64,000 nucleotides of DNA from the human T2T-CHM13v2.0 reference genome, Homo sapiens, in assembly GCF_009914755.1 (NCBI RefSeq), contig NC_060925.1; one strand, 5' to 3'. Shown one piece after another: positions 1-16,515 of the stretch. The notes under the pieces are model-generated. The model was not told where the DNA came from. It saw only the letters and a list, made by a program, of their open reading frames with translations, and did no database searches. A program made the translations under genes and the position numbers. Each line of letters opens with the position of its first letter. Positions within the stretch are counted from its first letter, which is position 1.

Positions 1-145
1 ATTTTGAAAACATATACTGAAGGGAAGCTGCTGACCGTTCTGGCTATTTCCCCCACCTACTCTCCACTTTATTATTGAGCAAAGTGATAATGAAAATGCA
101 ACTTTCACTTAAAGATATAATATAAACAAGAAAGAAAATATCATA

Positions 146-275
146 GCTGGGCAGGATAGTACGCACCTGAAGTTCCAAGCTACTAAGGAGTCTTAGGCAG
201 GAGGATCACTTGAGCCCAAGAGTTTGAATCTAGCTTGGGCAATATAGTTAGAACCCAATCTCTAAAAAATAAACA
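146..275 (+). mobile_element. Alu monomer (FLAM/FRAM-like)
   Basis: gctgggc...ggaggatcacttgagcccaagagttt...gggcaatatag...A-rich tail. Confidence 0.8.
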
Positions 276-620
276 AGGAAAAAACCATTATGGAATGTAT
301 GCAAACATACACATATGCTATATTATTATATTTTTAAAAAGAAAAGTAAAAATAAATAGTAAAACATAGATGAGGAACACACATAAGAAGAGTGATTACT
401 CAATTATAACTAGAAACCAAATGGAATTTCAAATTCTTCTCCATACTATCAATCAATACATTTGTTCACTCATCAACAACAAAAAATTTGAACATTTAAT
501 ATGTGTCAGCTACTGTAATAGGGACCAAGCACAGAACAGAAGAATTACATGTAGTTTTCCCTCATAGGATTTACAGAACAGTGGAAGAGGCAAAAAAATA
601 AAATGAGTAGACAAAACACT

Positions 621-800
621 AATGGCTAATACTTATTGAGCATAAAAAATGTGTCTTTTTCTTTTCTCAGTGCCTCATATAAACTCATAGTAACTTTAAA
701 AGGTGGGTACTATCCTTTTCCCCATCTTATAAAAATGTTAGTTTTTTTATCTAAGATCATTTAAGTAATAAGTGGCAGAGCTAGGGTTTAAGGGCGGGAA
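621..800 (-). mobile_element. MIR fragment
   Basis: MIR-like motifs gctaatacttattgagc, tatccttttccccat and agtggcagagctaggg. Confidence 0.6.
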
Positions 801-1706
801 TTATCCTTCCTAGTACTTGAAACTATTTGGTTTCCAATTCCAGCTTTTATAAATATTTACAGATTGTGATAACTGCTTTGAAGGCAAAAAATAAACTACA
901 TTAAAGTATTTTTATGTAAGAAATAACATGGTAAACTTTATTAAGATTAGGCCACTAGGGAAGGACTGTTTGAGATAACGGCATTTAAACTGATAATTAA
1001 AGGAGAAGTAGAAATTAGCAGGTGAAGAATGAAAGACTAGTGGGGAATAAGAGGTCCCAGTAGACAGAGTGATTGTAAGAACAATGGTATATATGTTCTC
1101 TAAGTAGGCTGAATGTGTACCTTACCAAACAGGATGTGTTATTAAATTGATATTCAACTTCTAAGATCCTCTGGCAGTGCTGTGATTGGATTGGGGCTTC
1201 TGCAGGCTTCCCAAATGGAGGCTTCACGCTTGTGTTTTCCTACTGTGATTCAAGAGAGACAGGAAGTTATCTGTCATGTAGACCCCTTTAGATCATAATG
1301 TGAGCTTAGTAAATCATAAGAAATGAAAATTTTTAACCAATGACCTAAGTAAATCTGAAGCAGATTCATCTACAAATGTGGTTGACTATTAGCCATAGTC
1401 AAGACAACCATGCCAGCTAATACATATCAAAGTGGCTAAAACTATTTAGACAGAAGGTATACTGGCAAAGTCCAATAAATGCCTAAAAAAATACAAAATA
1501 GAGATATTTCAACAATTATTTGGCAAAGTCTAACTATCTTATGATATAAACACTCAACAAACCGGGAATAGAAAAGAGTTGTTTTTTGATCAAATAAGGA
1601 GTACCTATGTAATTCCATAGCTAATATATTTTAATGATAAAAATCTAAGATCTTTCTGCTTAAGATCAGAAACAAGATAATGATGCTTGTTTTAACCATT
1701 TCATTC

Positions 1707-2000
<294 letters not shown>

Positions 2001-3077
2001 TAACCATTTTTTTTCAATATTGCACTTGAGATGGCAGCCAGGGAAATTATACAGATAATATTTTCTTATACATAGAAAATTATAAGAATATGCTAATAAT
2101 TAATTAAAATAAATTAGAATAAATGAGGTAAGCAAACTGTCAGATTGCAAGTTTAGTATAAAAAATCATTTGTTTCCATATTATAATAATAAAAATTAAA
2201 TTAAGAAAAAATCCTACTTATAACAATGAAAAGAATAAAATACATAACAATATTTCGAAAATGCAATACATTTACACTGAAAACTATAAAAAAGAATTTG
2301 AAACATTTAAATAAAAAGATATCCCATTGTCATGAATTAGAAAACAATATTGCTAAGATTGCAGTAGTCCCCCATATTAATCTATAAATTCAATGCAATT
2401 TTTATCCAAATCACAGTTGTTGTTTACTTGTTTTCCTAAAAAATTATGTTTCCTATAATTCTTATGAAAATGTTAAGAGATTGAGAGAGTCAAAATAATC
2501 TTGGGGAAAAAAACAAGTTGGAGGAATCAACTTTATTATTTTAATGATTACCACAAGCTATAGTAATCAAGAGAGTGTGATAGTGGTATAAGAATAGTCA
2601 TATAGATAAATGTAATAGAATTGAGTGTCCAGAGATAAACTGATGTATTGTTACAAAAATTAAATGGATCTTAGGTCTAAATGTAAGAACTATAACTATA
2701 ATAACTATAGCATTGCTAGAATATACTGCCATAGACTTTCATAATCTTAAGCAAGAGTTTCTTAAGTATGATGCTGAAAACACAAATAGCAAAAAACAAA
2801 AAAACTTTGTAAATTGGGCTTCATAAAAATAAAACCTTTTTTTGATTTACATCCACTGGGATGGCTAAAATTAAGACATTAATAAATGTTGGTAAAGATG
2901 TGGAGAAATTGGAACCTTCACACATTGCTGATGGGGATGTAAAATGAACCAGCCACTCTGAAAATACTTTGGTAGTTCCTAAAAATGCTGAACTTCAAGT
3001 TACTATATAACCTAGTAATTCCATTCTTCAGAACTTACCCAAGAAAAATGAACACATAGGTCCAAACAAAAACTTGT

Positions 3078-3233
3078 AGTGGGGCGGGGGATTAAAGACT
3101 ACACATTGGGTACAGTGTCCACTTCTCAGGTTATGGGTGCAATAAAATCTCGGAAAGCACCACTAAATAACTCATCCATATAACCAAACACCACCTGTTC
3201 CCTTAAAACCATTGAAATAATAATAATAATAAA
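3078..3233 (+). mobile_element. Short L1PB/old L1PA 3' end
   Basis: ctacacattgggtacagtgt...caccactaaa...caccacctgttccc...(taa)n tail. Confidence 0.75.
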
Positions 3234-3507
3234 ATTTTAATGTTCATAGCAACATTATTCATGAAAGAAGTACGATGAAATACGTTTTTATCAACTAATG
3301 AATGGATAAACAAAACATATCGTATTCACGCAATAAATAATTATTCAGCAATGAGAAAGAAATAAGGACCAATAAAGGATATAACATATGTGAGTCTTGA
3401 AAAGATTCAGTAAACAGAATCTGTCACGAAGACCACTTATTGTATTATTCCATTTATATGAAATGTCCAGTATAAAAAAGTCCACAGAGAGAAAATAGAT
3501 TAGTGCA

Positions 3508-3814
3508 GCTGGGTACAGTGGCTCACACTTGAAATCCTAGCACTTTGGGAGGTCAAGGTGGGAGGATCCCTTGAGATCAGAAGTCCCAGATCAACCTGGG
3601 CAACATAGCAAAATCCCATCTCTACAAACATTTTAAATCTTAGCCAAGTGTGATGATGTGTGCCTGTGGTCCCAGCTACTCAAGAGGCTGAGGCAGGAGG
3701 ATCTCTTGGACCTGGGAAGTTGAAGCTGCAATGAGCTGTGTTGAATCACTGCACTCCAGCCTGGGCAAGAGAGCAAGACTTTCTCTCAAAAAAAAAAAAA
3801 AAAAAAAAAAAAAA
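3508..3814 (+). mobile_element. AluJ
   Basis: Diverged Alu dimer with long poly-A; agattagt on both flanks. Confidence 0.9.
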
Positions 3815-5072
3815 GAAGATTAGTTGTTGCCTGGGACTAGATGAGGGAGGAAGAGTGAAGAATGGAAAATTACTGTTAATGTGGTTGTGAGTTTTTATGT
3901 GGTATTGAAAATATGCTACAATTAAAATGCTGTGATAGTAGCACAATTCTTTGAATACATTAAAACCTCCTAATTTTATACTTTAAATAGTACTTATAAC
4001 AATGAAAAGAATAATATACGTAACATATATATTATATATAATTAACCATATATCTATATTGAGATATATATATATAAAATCTCAATAACGTTTTAAAAAT
4101 AAAAAATATAATGAAAGGAAACTTCTCTGATTCACGTGGTATGTCATAGTCCATGACAAAATGGGTAAAAAAAAAACTACCCAAATAAAAAAATTAAAGA
4201 TTTTAAGAATAAAGATGGTGTCAGTCTTAGTTTGACAGTATATAATTCTTCTGCACATCCTCTGCCTGAAGGGGGAAAAAAAATCTAAAACCTAGATATA
4301 ATATAAAAAGCAACCACCTAAATATAAGAAGAGTGACCTGAAGGAGACAAACTCTGGTGGGTAGTTTATACTCACTCAAGAGGGGTAAGTATGTAGCAAA
4401 ACATTTAATCTTTCTGGTCCAGGAAGCCAAAAAAAAGTGAAGTCAGGTGCCTATGAATGTTGAAGAAATTGGCAGATTGCTTAAATAAAAAGCCAAAGTT
4501 TTTTAGTCCTACCTAGTAACACCTCTGATTTATGTTTCAAATATACAAACACGTAATGTTCTCTGAGCAGCTTAGCCAAAAAAAAAAAAAAAAAAAAAAA
4601 TCTCAACAAAGCTATGATCTGTTACCCGGTAAATACTCAACAATACAGAAGTAGAAAGACTATGAGGAAGAGTGAGAATGCTAGGAGAAGAAACTTACTA
4701 GGAGAAGGAGAAACTACTACCATACAAGCAATTTCCCATAGGTTTGGCTTTTAATCTAGCGCTACTCAGCAGTGGTAAGGTTGGAAGGGATAAACATAGA
4801 AAAAAGAGTTTTTCTGGCCTAGGGAATGAGAAAAGAAAACTTAGGAAACTATGAACACTGAAGAAAACAGGGGAATTCCAAAGTAGAAGAATTATAGAGG
4901 GGATCTCCAAAATTTTGATCTCACTTCTTGAACCGCTTCTAGGACCACGAATGTGCAGAAGTGATTTAAAGCAAGCTACCTACAGACAAAAGATCCAACC
5001 CAAGACCAGAGTAGCAGAGAGTTTGCAGTTCAAGCGCACCAAGAAACGTTACCTGTTAAAAAAAAGAAAACA

Positions 5073-7200
<2,128 letters not shown>

Positions 7201-7504
7201 ACCTCCAAATTAAGATACTCTTATGGTAGTAAACTAACATTATTGAACTATTTAGTCTTTACAATTTGTGACTTCTGCAACCACACAGGGAGTCTGATCT
7301 CTGATCAACAGCTACCTTTTACTTTTACTCTCACCCCTCTATCTTAAACACAAGCATATACACAATAGAAATCATTGTGTAGGTATATAGTTCAGCTGGT
7401 CAGGCTGTATGTGACCTATGATAAAGGTCATGTGAATTTTCTCTTAAACCGGCCTGTTGTGTTAAAAACTGTTATCTCCAGATACTCTAATCAAGAAAGT
7501 TTAC

Positions 7505-7564
7505 AACTTTAGACTGAAAAGTCTACAATTATTTTTGACTGATAAAATTTGGGCAGTAGTCACC
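7505..7564 (-). pseudogene. Candidate decayed LRR exon (phase 2-2)
   Basis: ttattcttag|G...TT|gtaaac; reads VTTAQILSVKNNCRLFSLK(L). Confidence 0.35.
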
Positions 7565-8329
7565 CTAAGAATAACATAATGTAATGCACACTTTAACTAG
7601 TATTGTATAATTTAACCCTTTAAAATCAGAAACAAGCATAAAACAAACTGCGAAAAATTAGTGAATAATCTAATATTTTCTCACAAATTGAGGGAGAATT
7701 TAATCACAATGATGTTCTTGAATAAGCCAGCTATAACTTCTCTACAGCTTCCTGATAAGCTGCCCCCATGGGAGTGATGGACATAAAGGACACCCTCCAC
7801 ATTTTCCCTTCCAAATATTCAGATGTAGGAAGTTGAATATGTACCTTCACAAGACTGATACTCTATTTTAATGGAAGTTACAAAAGTTATCTAAAAGGAG
7901 AAAATATGCTGTAATGAAAATAACCCAGTTACAGGTAATCATGGAATGATAGAAAAAAACCAGAATCACTTAAAACAGACATAATTAAATAATGGTTTCA
8001 ACTTTTATGAGCTGTAGATGATTATGCCAACTTCTCATACTTATAGTGATAATTAAGTGAAATGTATGTTGTCCCTTGAACTTTTACATGATAGTTAAAA
8101 AGTTAACTTCCCTCTCCCTTTCCTGTCAGATTACTTATCTGTAAATGCAGGAGATAATAATACTTGCCTTAGTCATTCAACGATGCCAAAAGGAAAAAAA
8201 TATTGGTACTCCAACAATATTCCAAATATAGACATCCTAACTAGAGTTTACTCTAAGAATTATTTAAAATAGCATGTAAATTAAACTAAAATATAGTAAT
8301 GAATACCATACTGACAAATTTTGGAGGGG

Positions 8330-9660
8330 TTTCTAGTGCCTGTCATGCATCTTCTTAAATGCTGAGGATAGAGAATTACATAAAAGGGACTGTTTCTTCA
8401 CTTTGTCCTGAGTTTCACTGAGTGAGTCTGTAAACAAATTAACAATACTGTATAATACCAGGTCACATAATAAGTGTGATGAATAAGAATAGAGCAGAAT
8501 ACTATTCAAAGACAGGAATAGAAAAGGTTTTTTGGGGGGCATTACAGAAATTGAGTGCTGTAAAAGAATAAATCGTGTAAGTTACTGGGATGAACAAACT
8601 TTGCAGGTAGAAAGAATATCAATTACAGAGCCTTGTGGTAGGAGTAAGTGGGGGTATTTTCAAAGATAGCAAAGATAACAATATGATCAGAGCACAGAAA
8701 ATAATAGCACTAGATAAGGAGACAGAGCATATAATTATTTGTAGTGTATAGTAATTGCTTTGGCTTTATTCTAAATGTGATCAGGAAGCCACTGGAGGTT
8801 TTCAACAGGAAAATTACATAATCTGATACATGTATAAAAGGTTATTCTGGCTGCTCTTTGTAGAATATACTTTAGAGATTGTTCATGGAGAGATCAACTG
8901 ACATAGTTCAGGAGAGAGATCTTGACTTTGACTATAGTTAAGAAAGTGGTGACTTGTAGTTGGAGTTGGAATATATTTTAATTTTACAGTCAGTAGGATT
9001 TGCACATTAAGTGAATGTGGGATTCTTCCCTTGAACAAATGAGTAAATGTTGATATAATTTATGAAGAGAGGTAATACTGAGGATAGCGGGAGGTTGTAG
9101 GTGAAGAAAACATAAATTTAAACTTTTGATATAATGAGTTTGAAGCACGATTATTTTCTGAGTGTATATGTCACATCAACTATTGAATATATCAATCTAC
9201 AGTTCAAGGTAGAGGTTAGGGATGGTGACATGCATTTGGGATTCATTAGTGCTAAAACAATATGTAAAGTCATGCTGCTACATGATAAGGCCACCTATAG
9301 AACAAGCATAAATAGAGGACAGAGAAAATCACAGACCTAGCATTAAGGATCTCCAACAGTTATCATTTAAAAAGATGTGCAAAAGTGGTGATTGCAAATT
9401 ATTTTTGCAAACAAACCAAATGACTTTCATTGAGCATGAGAAGAGACATTCAAAATGACAGAAAACAAAACAAAACCAGGAGAGTGTTTTGTCTTGAAAA
9501 TTCAGTAAAACAAGTATTTGTAGGACAAGCTAATAAACTTTAATGAATGCTCCTGAATATTCAAATGAGATGAGGACTATAAATTAACTGTCAAATTTGG
9601 CTACATAAAAGTGCTTGATAACGTTGACAAGAGTCCTTTCAAAAGAGTGATGGGGATAAA
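8330..9660 (-). mobile_element. L2 fragment(s)
   Basis: L2-like motifs ggaagccactggaggttttcaacagg, ttattctggctgct and gagatgaggacta. Confidence 0.75.
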
Positions 9661-9889
9661 ATAAGTGAATTAATGAATTAATTAAATTATGTGAGGGACT
9701 TATTTACCTCAATGTGAGTTCCAATGTTGCTCCTACTTGCCTTGTTTTAATGTGTTTCCCTAATTATAGTGATTGGCTCTTGAAAATTATAACCACCCAT
9801 TTAAGGTAAAAGACAAGCAAGATAACATTTATTCCAATATCTGTGAAAGAGAATATAGTATTCATAGAATGCTTACTCTTAGTATCATG

Positions 9890-10170
9890 CTATGAACTTT
9901 TGAGGACTGGAACCATTTATGGACAGTGAGAGGACAGATTGAAGCCACCATGCAGATTGGGCATGATGTATGTGTGTAGTTGGGAGCTGAAAAGTCCTAT
10001 GTATTCTGAAGAGTAAGACTACCTTATAGAAAGAAGATGTAAAAAATGGAAAAAACCTTGGCCCTTGGTGATATCATTTGAACTACCAATTAAAGACATG
10101 TCTCATGATGATATTACACTGGAGCTTTCACTTCTGAGTGTCAATAAATTGGTTTAAACTATTTAAATTT
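9890..10170 (+). mobile_element. Old MaLR (MLT1-type) LTR fragment
   Basis: cccttggtgatatcatttgaactac...gtcaataaatt...tttaaacta resembles an MLT1 3' end. Confidence 0.5.
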
Positions 10171-10748
10171 GCTTCATACACCTTGGGAAACATTAAAAAA
10201 TAGTTGAACCAAACATCAATTGACATTTGGATTACAAAAAAATACTACAGGGTGATAATGTAGTTTTTCCATAAAAATGAATGTCAAAGATGAATTGGCT
10301 GGCATCAATTTTAAGATGTCACACCATATAAAAGGAATTGCAGTTTCTGTGATCTTAACATGAATTGTATGTCCTAAAGTAAAATAGGATATATGATCAA
10401 CACTTGTTACATATTACATAATTAAATAATAATATTTAAAGAAATCTATTACTATCTTCATTTAAAAGAATATTTCTCAAAGTTTACGTAGTTCATATAT
10501 AGTATAGATTAATAATCACTTGAAGACTGAATGATTCTATCAGTTGTGGAGAACATTTTGTGTATTTTTCTCATTAGCAAACAAGATAAGGAATCAGGGT
10601 AGTGTTATTAAAAAAAGAGGTAAGAAGAACTAAGGGACCATCCCAATTAATTTAGGCAACTGCCATCCTTTTGAAATAGACAACTACCAAATGAGCTATG
10701 TAAGCTTCAATTATACCTTATTGTAAACTGCACAAATATTAACTGGAC

Positions 10749-10829
10749 AAATATTTTTAGAGAAGACAAATTTGAAAGCACAGTAAACCAGGTGTGAAAG
10801 TTTTATCAGCAGAAAATAAATGTAGAAAT
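10749..10829 (-). pseudogene. Candidate decayed LRR exon
   Basis: Strong acceptor cccccttttcctccag; reads FLH...KTFTPG then, after a frameshift, SNLSSLKI. Confidence 0.4.
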
Positions 10830-11109
10830 CTGGAGGAAAAGGGGGACATAGAAAATCTAGAGGCAATTAATAGTGTGAAAATAAATACATGCTGGGATAG
10901 TCTACACCAATTGATAGCCTTTGGTATGCAAAAGTATTTTGTTTGACTAAATTTAGCTAAACTAATGGCTAAAAAACTAGATAATGTTGATTTCCATTTG
11001 GATGGGAAGGATGTAAAAGACCTTCATATTCATGGTAATAACAATAAAAACCTGAAGGGATAAAAAAAAAATACATTCATATGGGAAGAGGAGAATAGCG
11101 AGGAATTTT

Positions 11110-11975
11110 AAGGATTTCAGACACAAGACCAATACTGATACATTGACACTTGAAGCATTGTATTCCTCCAGGTTACAGTGGGGACATATGGAGATAAGAG
11201 TTTAAATGAACTGGTGTCTAAAATTCTTCTTATAGTGAGTTCGGCGTCTCCACAGAACTACCTTATTATCATTTTCCTGGTGTCTGATTATACAATTAGG
11301 AGTGACGTGATTGGCTGTTGGAGTAACCCCTACATAGGGTCCTTGGTCTATAGGGTCAACCACCTCTTCAAGTATAAGCATGTGAAACTACAATCCTTCA
11401 CTCCTGGTCAGGATGACAAATCCAAAACAATTTCTTATTCCAGGAAATATCTTGAGATTAGTACTACCCTTAAAGATCTAAAGAATAGATAATCTTTATT
11501 ATTCTCCATACATCCATTTAATTCACCAACCTTGCCCTGAAACTGAAATTAGATAGATCTTGAAGAATGGCTGTAGATCACCACAAGCTCAACTAAATAA
11601 CAGCTATAATTGCCACCATATCAGATGTTTTATCATTGTTCAAGTGAATTAGCACATCCTCCAGAAAACCAGCCACCTCTTAATTGTCCTATGTTTCTCA
11701 CCCCCTACCAAAGTAATGTCCAAAAAGATCTGAACCATCTAGTCATACTACAGAACCACATGCTGTCCTATTATATTAGTGGCATCATGATGACCTAGGA
11801 GGGCAAGCAAGAGGTACCCGGTCTGCTGGAGACCACAGTAAGCAACATGTACATCAAAAGGTAGGAGATGCACGCTACAAGATTCAGAGATATCCCAACT
11901 CAGTAACGCTTTCCGAGGTTCAGATTCAGAAGAATGTCAAGAAATCTTTTCCAAAGTGAAAGGAAAATTACTGCT
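11110..11975 (+). mobile_element. ERV-L (class III) protease-RT relic
   Basis: GTYGDKSLNE...CWSNPYIGSL...EISTTLKDLK and KDLNHL...YISGIM match HERV-L GAYGGQVING/WQNPHIGSL/EISATIKDLK/YIDDIM. Confidence 0.8.
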
Positions 11976-11978
11976 TGT

Positions 11979-12396
11979 TGAGACAGAGTCTCACTCTAGC
12001 ACTTAAGCTGTAGTGCAGTGGCGTGATCTCGACTCATTGAAATCTCTGCCTTCCAGGTTCAAGAGATTCTCCTGCCTCAGCCTCCCAAATAGCTGGGACT
12101 ACAGATGTGCACCACCACGCCCAGATAATTTTTGTATTTTTAGTAGAGATGGGTTTTCGCCACGTTGGCCAGGCTGGTCTTAAACTCCTGGCTTCAAGTG
12201 ATCCTGCTTCGGCCTCCTAAATTGCTGGGATTACAGGTGTGAGCCACCACACCTGGTTAACTTTTTTGTATTTCTAGTAGAGACCGGGTTTCGCCATGTT
12301 GGCCTGGCTAGTCTTGAACTCCTGGCCTTAACTTATCTGCCCGCCTTTGCCTCCCAAAGTGCTGGAATTACAGGTGTAAGCCCCCCATGCTGGGCT
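11979..12396 (-). mobile_element. Alu dimer with an additional left monomer (left-left-right)
   Basis: Antisense dimer 11979-12256 directly abuts a second left arm at 12262-12396. Confidence 0.85.
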
Positions 12397-13079
12397 AACG
12401 AGATTTCTTTAAGTAGAAAACAGAACCTGAAGCAAAACTTACATGTTGACAGTTTATGGGAAGTGCCTTACTGAAATGACATGGGATTGTTACAAACAGA
12501 GCTAATTCGTTAGTCTCATGGGATATAATCATAAAGGCGAATATGAACTGTTATAAAACAGTATATATCTAGGGAAAAGAAAGGAAACATAGACATTCTC
12601 TGGCTTCAACCTAAACCTACTGTTTCATTGGTCCACGTGTTCCTCACAGGAATGTATGTCTCTTGCTCTTCAAGATTGCAATACCAATTTTCTTCAGGCA
12701 GCCACTGGGAAAGCCAGAGTCTTACATCATTCACTCAGGTTCCATGGTGTCTCCGTCAGTTGGTACTGTATGAGAGGCTCCTTGACCTGAGCAACAAGCA
12801 GGCAAAGGCACTGATCTGGTTTCTCAACCAAGGTAGCAGTGGGAAGTTTTCTTGGGTCTTACTTATGGTCAAGAATATGAAGTGCATAGAACTGGGGTAG
12901 AAAATAAAGAAGTCCGTCGTAAGTGGCTCCACTGATTTTAAGGGGATTCTAAGACCTTTGTCTGGTTTTTCCATTGGACATTCTGTCCTTGTGTATATTC
13001 ATAAAGAATGATATTTCAAAATCCAAAATTAATATGTTACCTTGCTACCTCTTTTTCAGCTTCATTTTTTAATAATGTT

Positions 13080-13500
13080 TTTGTTTTCACTTTTAATGCT
13101 TTAAACATGTTTATATTGTTGTATAATTATATATAGTAATATACACAGAAGAGTGCTTTTTAATGAAATTCGCCAAATGTATACATTCATGTTCCACCAC
13201 AGTCAACTTACAGAATATTTCCCGCATCCTGGGAAGTTCACTGGTGCTTTTTTTCAGACAATCCCCCACCCAACTATAAGCAAGCACCACTCTGATTTCT
13301 ATTCACAAAGACAAGTATATCCTTTATGTGTCAGGCTTATTTTTCTCAACATATTATATGCTGAATCTTGTATATTTTTGCATACATTAGCAGCTTCTTC
13401 CTTTGTATTGCTGAGCTGTATCTCACTACATGTATATACCACAATTTGCTTATAACTTCTCCTATTGATGGACATTGCCTTGTTTTTTATTTTTTGTTAT
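13080..13500 (-). mobile_element. L1ME-type 3'UTR fragment
   Basis: atataccacaatttg...ctattgatggacatt antisense L1M 3' motifs. Confidence 0.65.
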
Positions 13501-13929
13501 TAAAAATAAGGCTAAACAATAATGCCAATGAAAATGGTATGCAAAATTAATGCCTCAAAATAAATTTAATAAAAGATGCACAAAGTTCAAGAAAATGTAA
13601 TTAAGACAAATTTTAAAACAGCTAAATAGATTTGCCTGTATACTATGGAAATGGTTTGGAAGATTCAATATTATGTTGACTCCCATTAAGAAAGACCTAT
13701 AGACTTGACAAAATAACAAACAAAAATCTTAAAAGTTGTTCTGTAGAAATTGATAAGCTTGTTCTAAAATTTATATGGAAATGTCAATAATGTAGGTAAC
13801 TGGAATAACTGAATTATTAGTAGCTTCTTATAAAGTACTTAATTTAGTGAGGTTTTGTATAACTATAGATTAATAGATAAATGAAAAAGGAGTCAATAAA
13901 TAGACTGATACATAACAATACTTTTATTT

Positions 13930-14111
13930 ATTTTTTTATTTTTTTCCTGAAAATTCTATTGTTACTATTTTTTTTTTATTATACTTTAAGTTTTAGGGTA
14001 CATGTGAACATTGTGCAGGTTAGTTACATATGTATACATGTGCCATGCTGGTGCGCTGCACCCACTAACTTGTCATCTAGCATTAGGTATATCTCCCAAT
14101 GCTATCCCTCC
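13930..14111 (-). mobile_element. Short young L1PA 3' end with double A-tail
   Basis: ttatactttaagttttagggtacatgtg...cccaatgctatccctc; caatac(t/a)tttattt on both flanks. Confidence 0.9.
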
Positions 14112-14448
14112 CAATACATTTATTTTTAACAAAGAAGTCAATGCAAGGCAAGTCAGTAGATAGAGCAAACTTTATTTCTACAAATTTTGCAGCATACAAT
14201 GGCAAATTAGCATAGATACATACTTCATAAAATACAAGACCATTAACATAAGAAAGATTATAGACTTAAAATAAAAAAACTATAAGACTCCTAGAAACAA
14301 ACATTATAGATTGTATCTGCAACCTTGGAATAGACATATTTTTTTTAGCCTAAAGGAAAAAGTATCATTAAAAAAGTATAAACAACTTAAACAAAATTTT
14401 AAAATTTACTCTTCAAAGAACACTTTTTAAAAAATGTGTTAGGCAAGT

Positions 14449-14861
14449 TGTGTTAGGCTGTTCTTGCATTGCTCTAAATAAATACATGAAATTGGGTAAT
14501 TTATAAACAAGAGGTTTAATTGGTTCATGGTTATGTAGGCTTCACAGGAAGCATGGTGCTGGCATCTGCTGGACTTCTAGGGAAGCCTTAGGAAGTTTAG
14601 AATCATGGCAGAAGGTGAAGGGGCAGCAAGCATGTCACACGGCCAAAGCAGAATCAAGAAAAAGAGAGAGAGTGAGGTAGGGGGAGGTGGTACAACTTTT
14701 ATAGGACCAGAACTCGAAAGACTTCACTATCACAAAGACAGTACCAAGCCATGAGGGATCCACCCCCATGACCCAAACACCTCCTATCAGGCCCCATCTC
14801 CAGCATTGGGGATTACAATTCAACATGTGCTTTGGGTGGAGACAAATACCCAAACTATAGC
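14449..14861 (-). mobile_element. MST-type MaLR solo LTR
   Basis: tgtgttaggctgttcttgcattgct...cccaaactatagca; caagt/caact flanks. Confidence 0.9.
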
Positions 14862-15645
14862 ACAACTGATATATGGGAAGAAAATATTTGTAATAAATAT
14901 ATGACAAAGAATTTGTTATATAAATAATTCCTACAAACAGTTTTTAAAAGACAAGGCAAAAACTGATGATCAGTGAAACTGTGCACTTTTTCTTGACATT
15001 TATTAATCATTTTAAAATCCTCTTTTGTGAAGTAGATGTATAAATCATTTTATTATTTTTTAACTGAGCTGTTTCTTACATTGATTATTCAGTTATTTAT
15101 ATAAACTGGATACAAGTTTCTTTTTCGATACATATATTACAAACATATTTCCTCTATTTCAACTGCCTTTCAAGGTTAATGATATCTTTTAATGAACAAA
15201 ATATTTTTCATTATTATTTTTGTATTATATTTATTTTCTTTAACCCATAGCATACTCAGTTATTTCCATTATAAAACATCTTACCTTTTTTATCTGTCAT
15301 ATAAGAGAAATGCAATTATTCTAAAGAGACAATTAAAAATGAAAATAGGTATAAAACTCTTTGTGAACATGGAAAGTATAATTTATTCTTGAAAACGTCG
15401 TGGTATTTTCAAAGTTCTTTGGGTGTTTCTAGCTGAAGGGATTGAAAGTTGGTAGAATTTTGATATACTCAGACAGCCCCAACAGAGGCAAAATCTTAGA
15501 CTAGAAAACAGAGTAAAACAGACTACTTATTGTCTAAACAAATAACTATTCCAGTTAAATCAGAACAGAATACTATAGCAATGTATCAAAAGCAATTAAT
15601 CTGTTATCAACTGTGAGGTTAGACCTATTTAAAAGTATGACCTAT

Positions 15646-16430
15646 GTTATAGACTGAACTACGTCCTCCTACTTTCATATGTTGAAGCCCTTATTTCCAA
15701 TATGGCTGTTTTTGGAGACAGAGCTTGTCAGAAAGTAATTAAGGATAAAATAGGTCATAAGGGTAGGACCCTTGTCTTAGTCTGTTTTGTGTTTTTATAA
15801 TAGAATACTTGAGAATTTATAAAAAATACATTTATAAATTTATTTTTATAACTTATAAAGAAAATAAGTTTATTTGGCTCACAGTTCTGCAGGCTGGACA
15901 AGAAGCATGGTGCCACCAGCATCTATATTTGATGAGAGCCTGTTGGGTCCTGGCAACTCTCCACTTTCTCTCCTGCTTCCTCACTTGCTATGTGATCATG
16001 GCAGAAGGGAAAAGGGAGCCAGCATCTGCAGAGATCACATGGCAAGGGAGGATGCAAGAGAGGAAGTAAGGAGATGCCGGGATCTTTTAAACAACTCTCT
16101 CTTGCAAGAACTAATATAAGTGAGAATTCACCCAAGAAAAAGCATTAATCTATTTATGAGAAATCTGCCCCATGAACAAAATACTTCCCATGAAGTCCAA
16201 CCTCCAACATTGGACATAAATTTCAACATTTTGTTGAACAATAAAACCACAGTAACAAAAATTTGATAGAATTAGTGTCCCTGTACAAAAAGGAAGAAAG
16301 ACGAGAGTTTTTTCTCATTCCATTTATATAAACAGAGGAAGGGCCATATGAAGACACAGGGAGAAGGCAGCCCCCTGTAAGCCAGGAAGACAGCCCTCCC
16401 CAGAAACAGAAAGTTATCATTAACTGTGAA
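15646..16430. mobile_element. MLT1A/MSTC-type LTR (+) interrupted by an MST-type LTR (-, ~15773-16255)
   Basis: tgttatagactgaa...gtcataagggtaggaccc resumes at gatagaattagtgtccc; the inner element starts tgtcttagtctgttttgtgt. Confidence 0.75.
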
Positions 16431-16469
16431 CCTAATAACAAATAAGTTAATTAAATGTAATTGCAGAAT

Positions 16470-16515
16470 TAAAAGTAATTGCAAAAACCATGATTGCTTT
16501 TGCACCAACCTAATA
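16470..16515. mobile_element. MADE1 (Hsmar1 MITE) half element
   Basis: gcaaaaaccatgattgcttttgcaccaacctaa-ta matches the Hsmar1 TIR. Confidence 0.8.

Noticed and set aside
7845-7890. EYQSCE as the LGR hinge motif (SCEDL) before TM1
   Set aside because: No TM helices follow and another LRR-like exon lies downstream, so the hinge/7TM assignment is unsupported.
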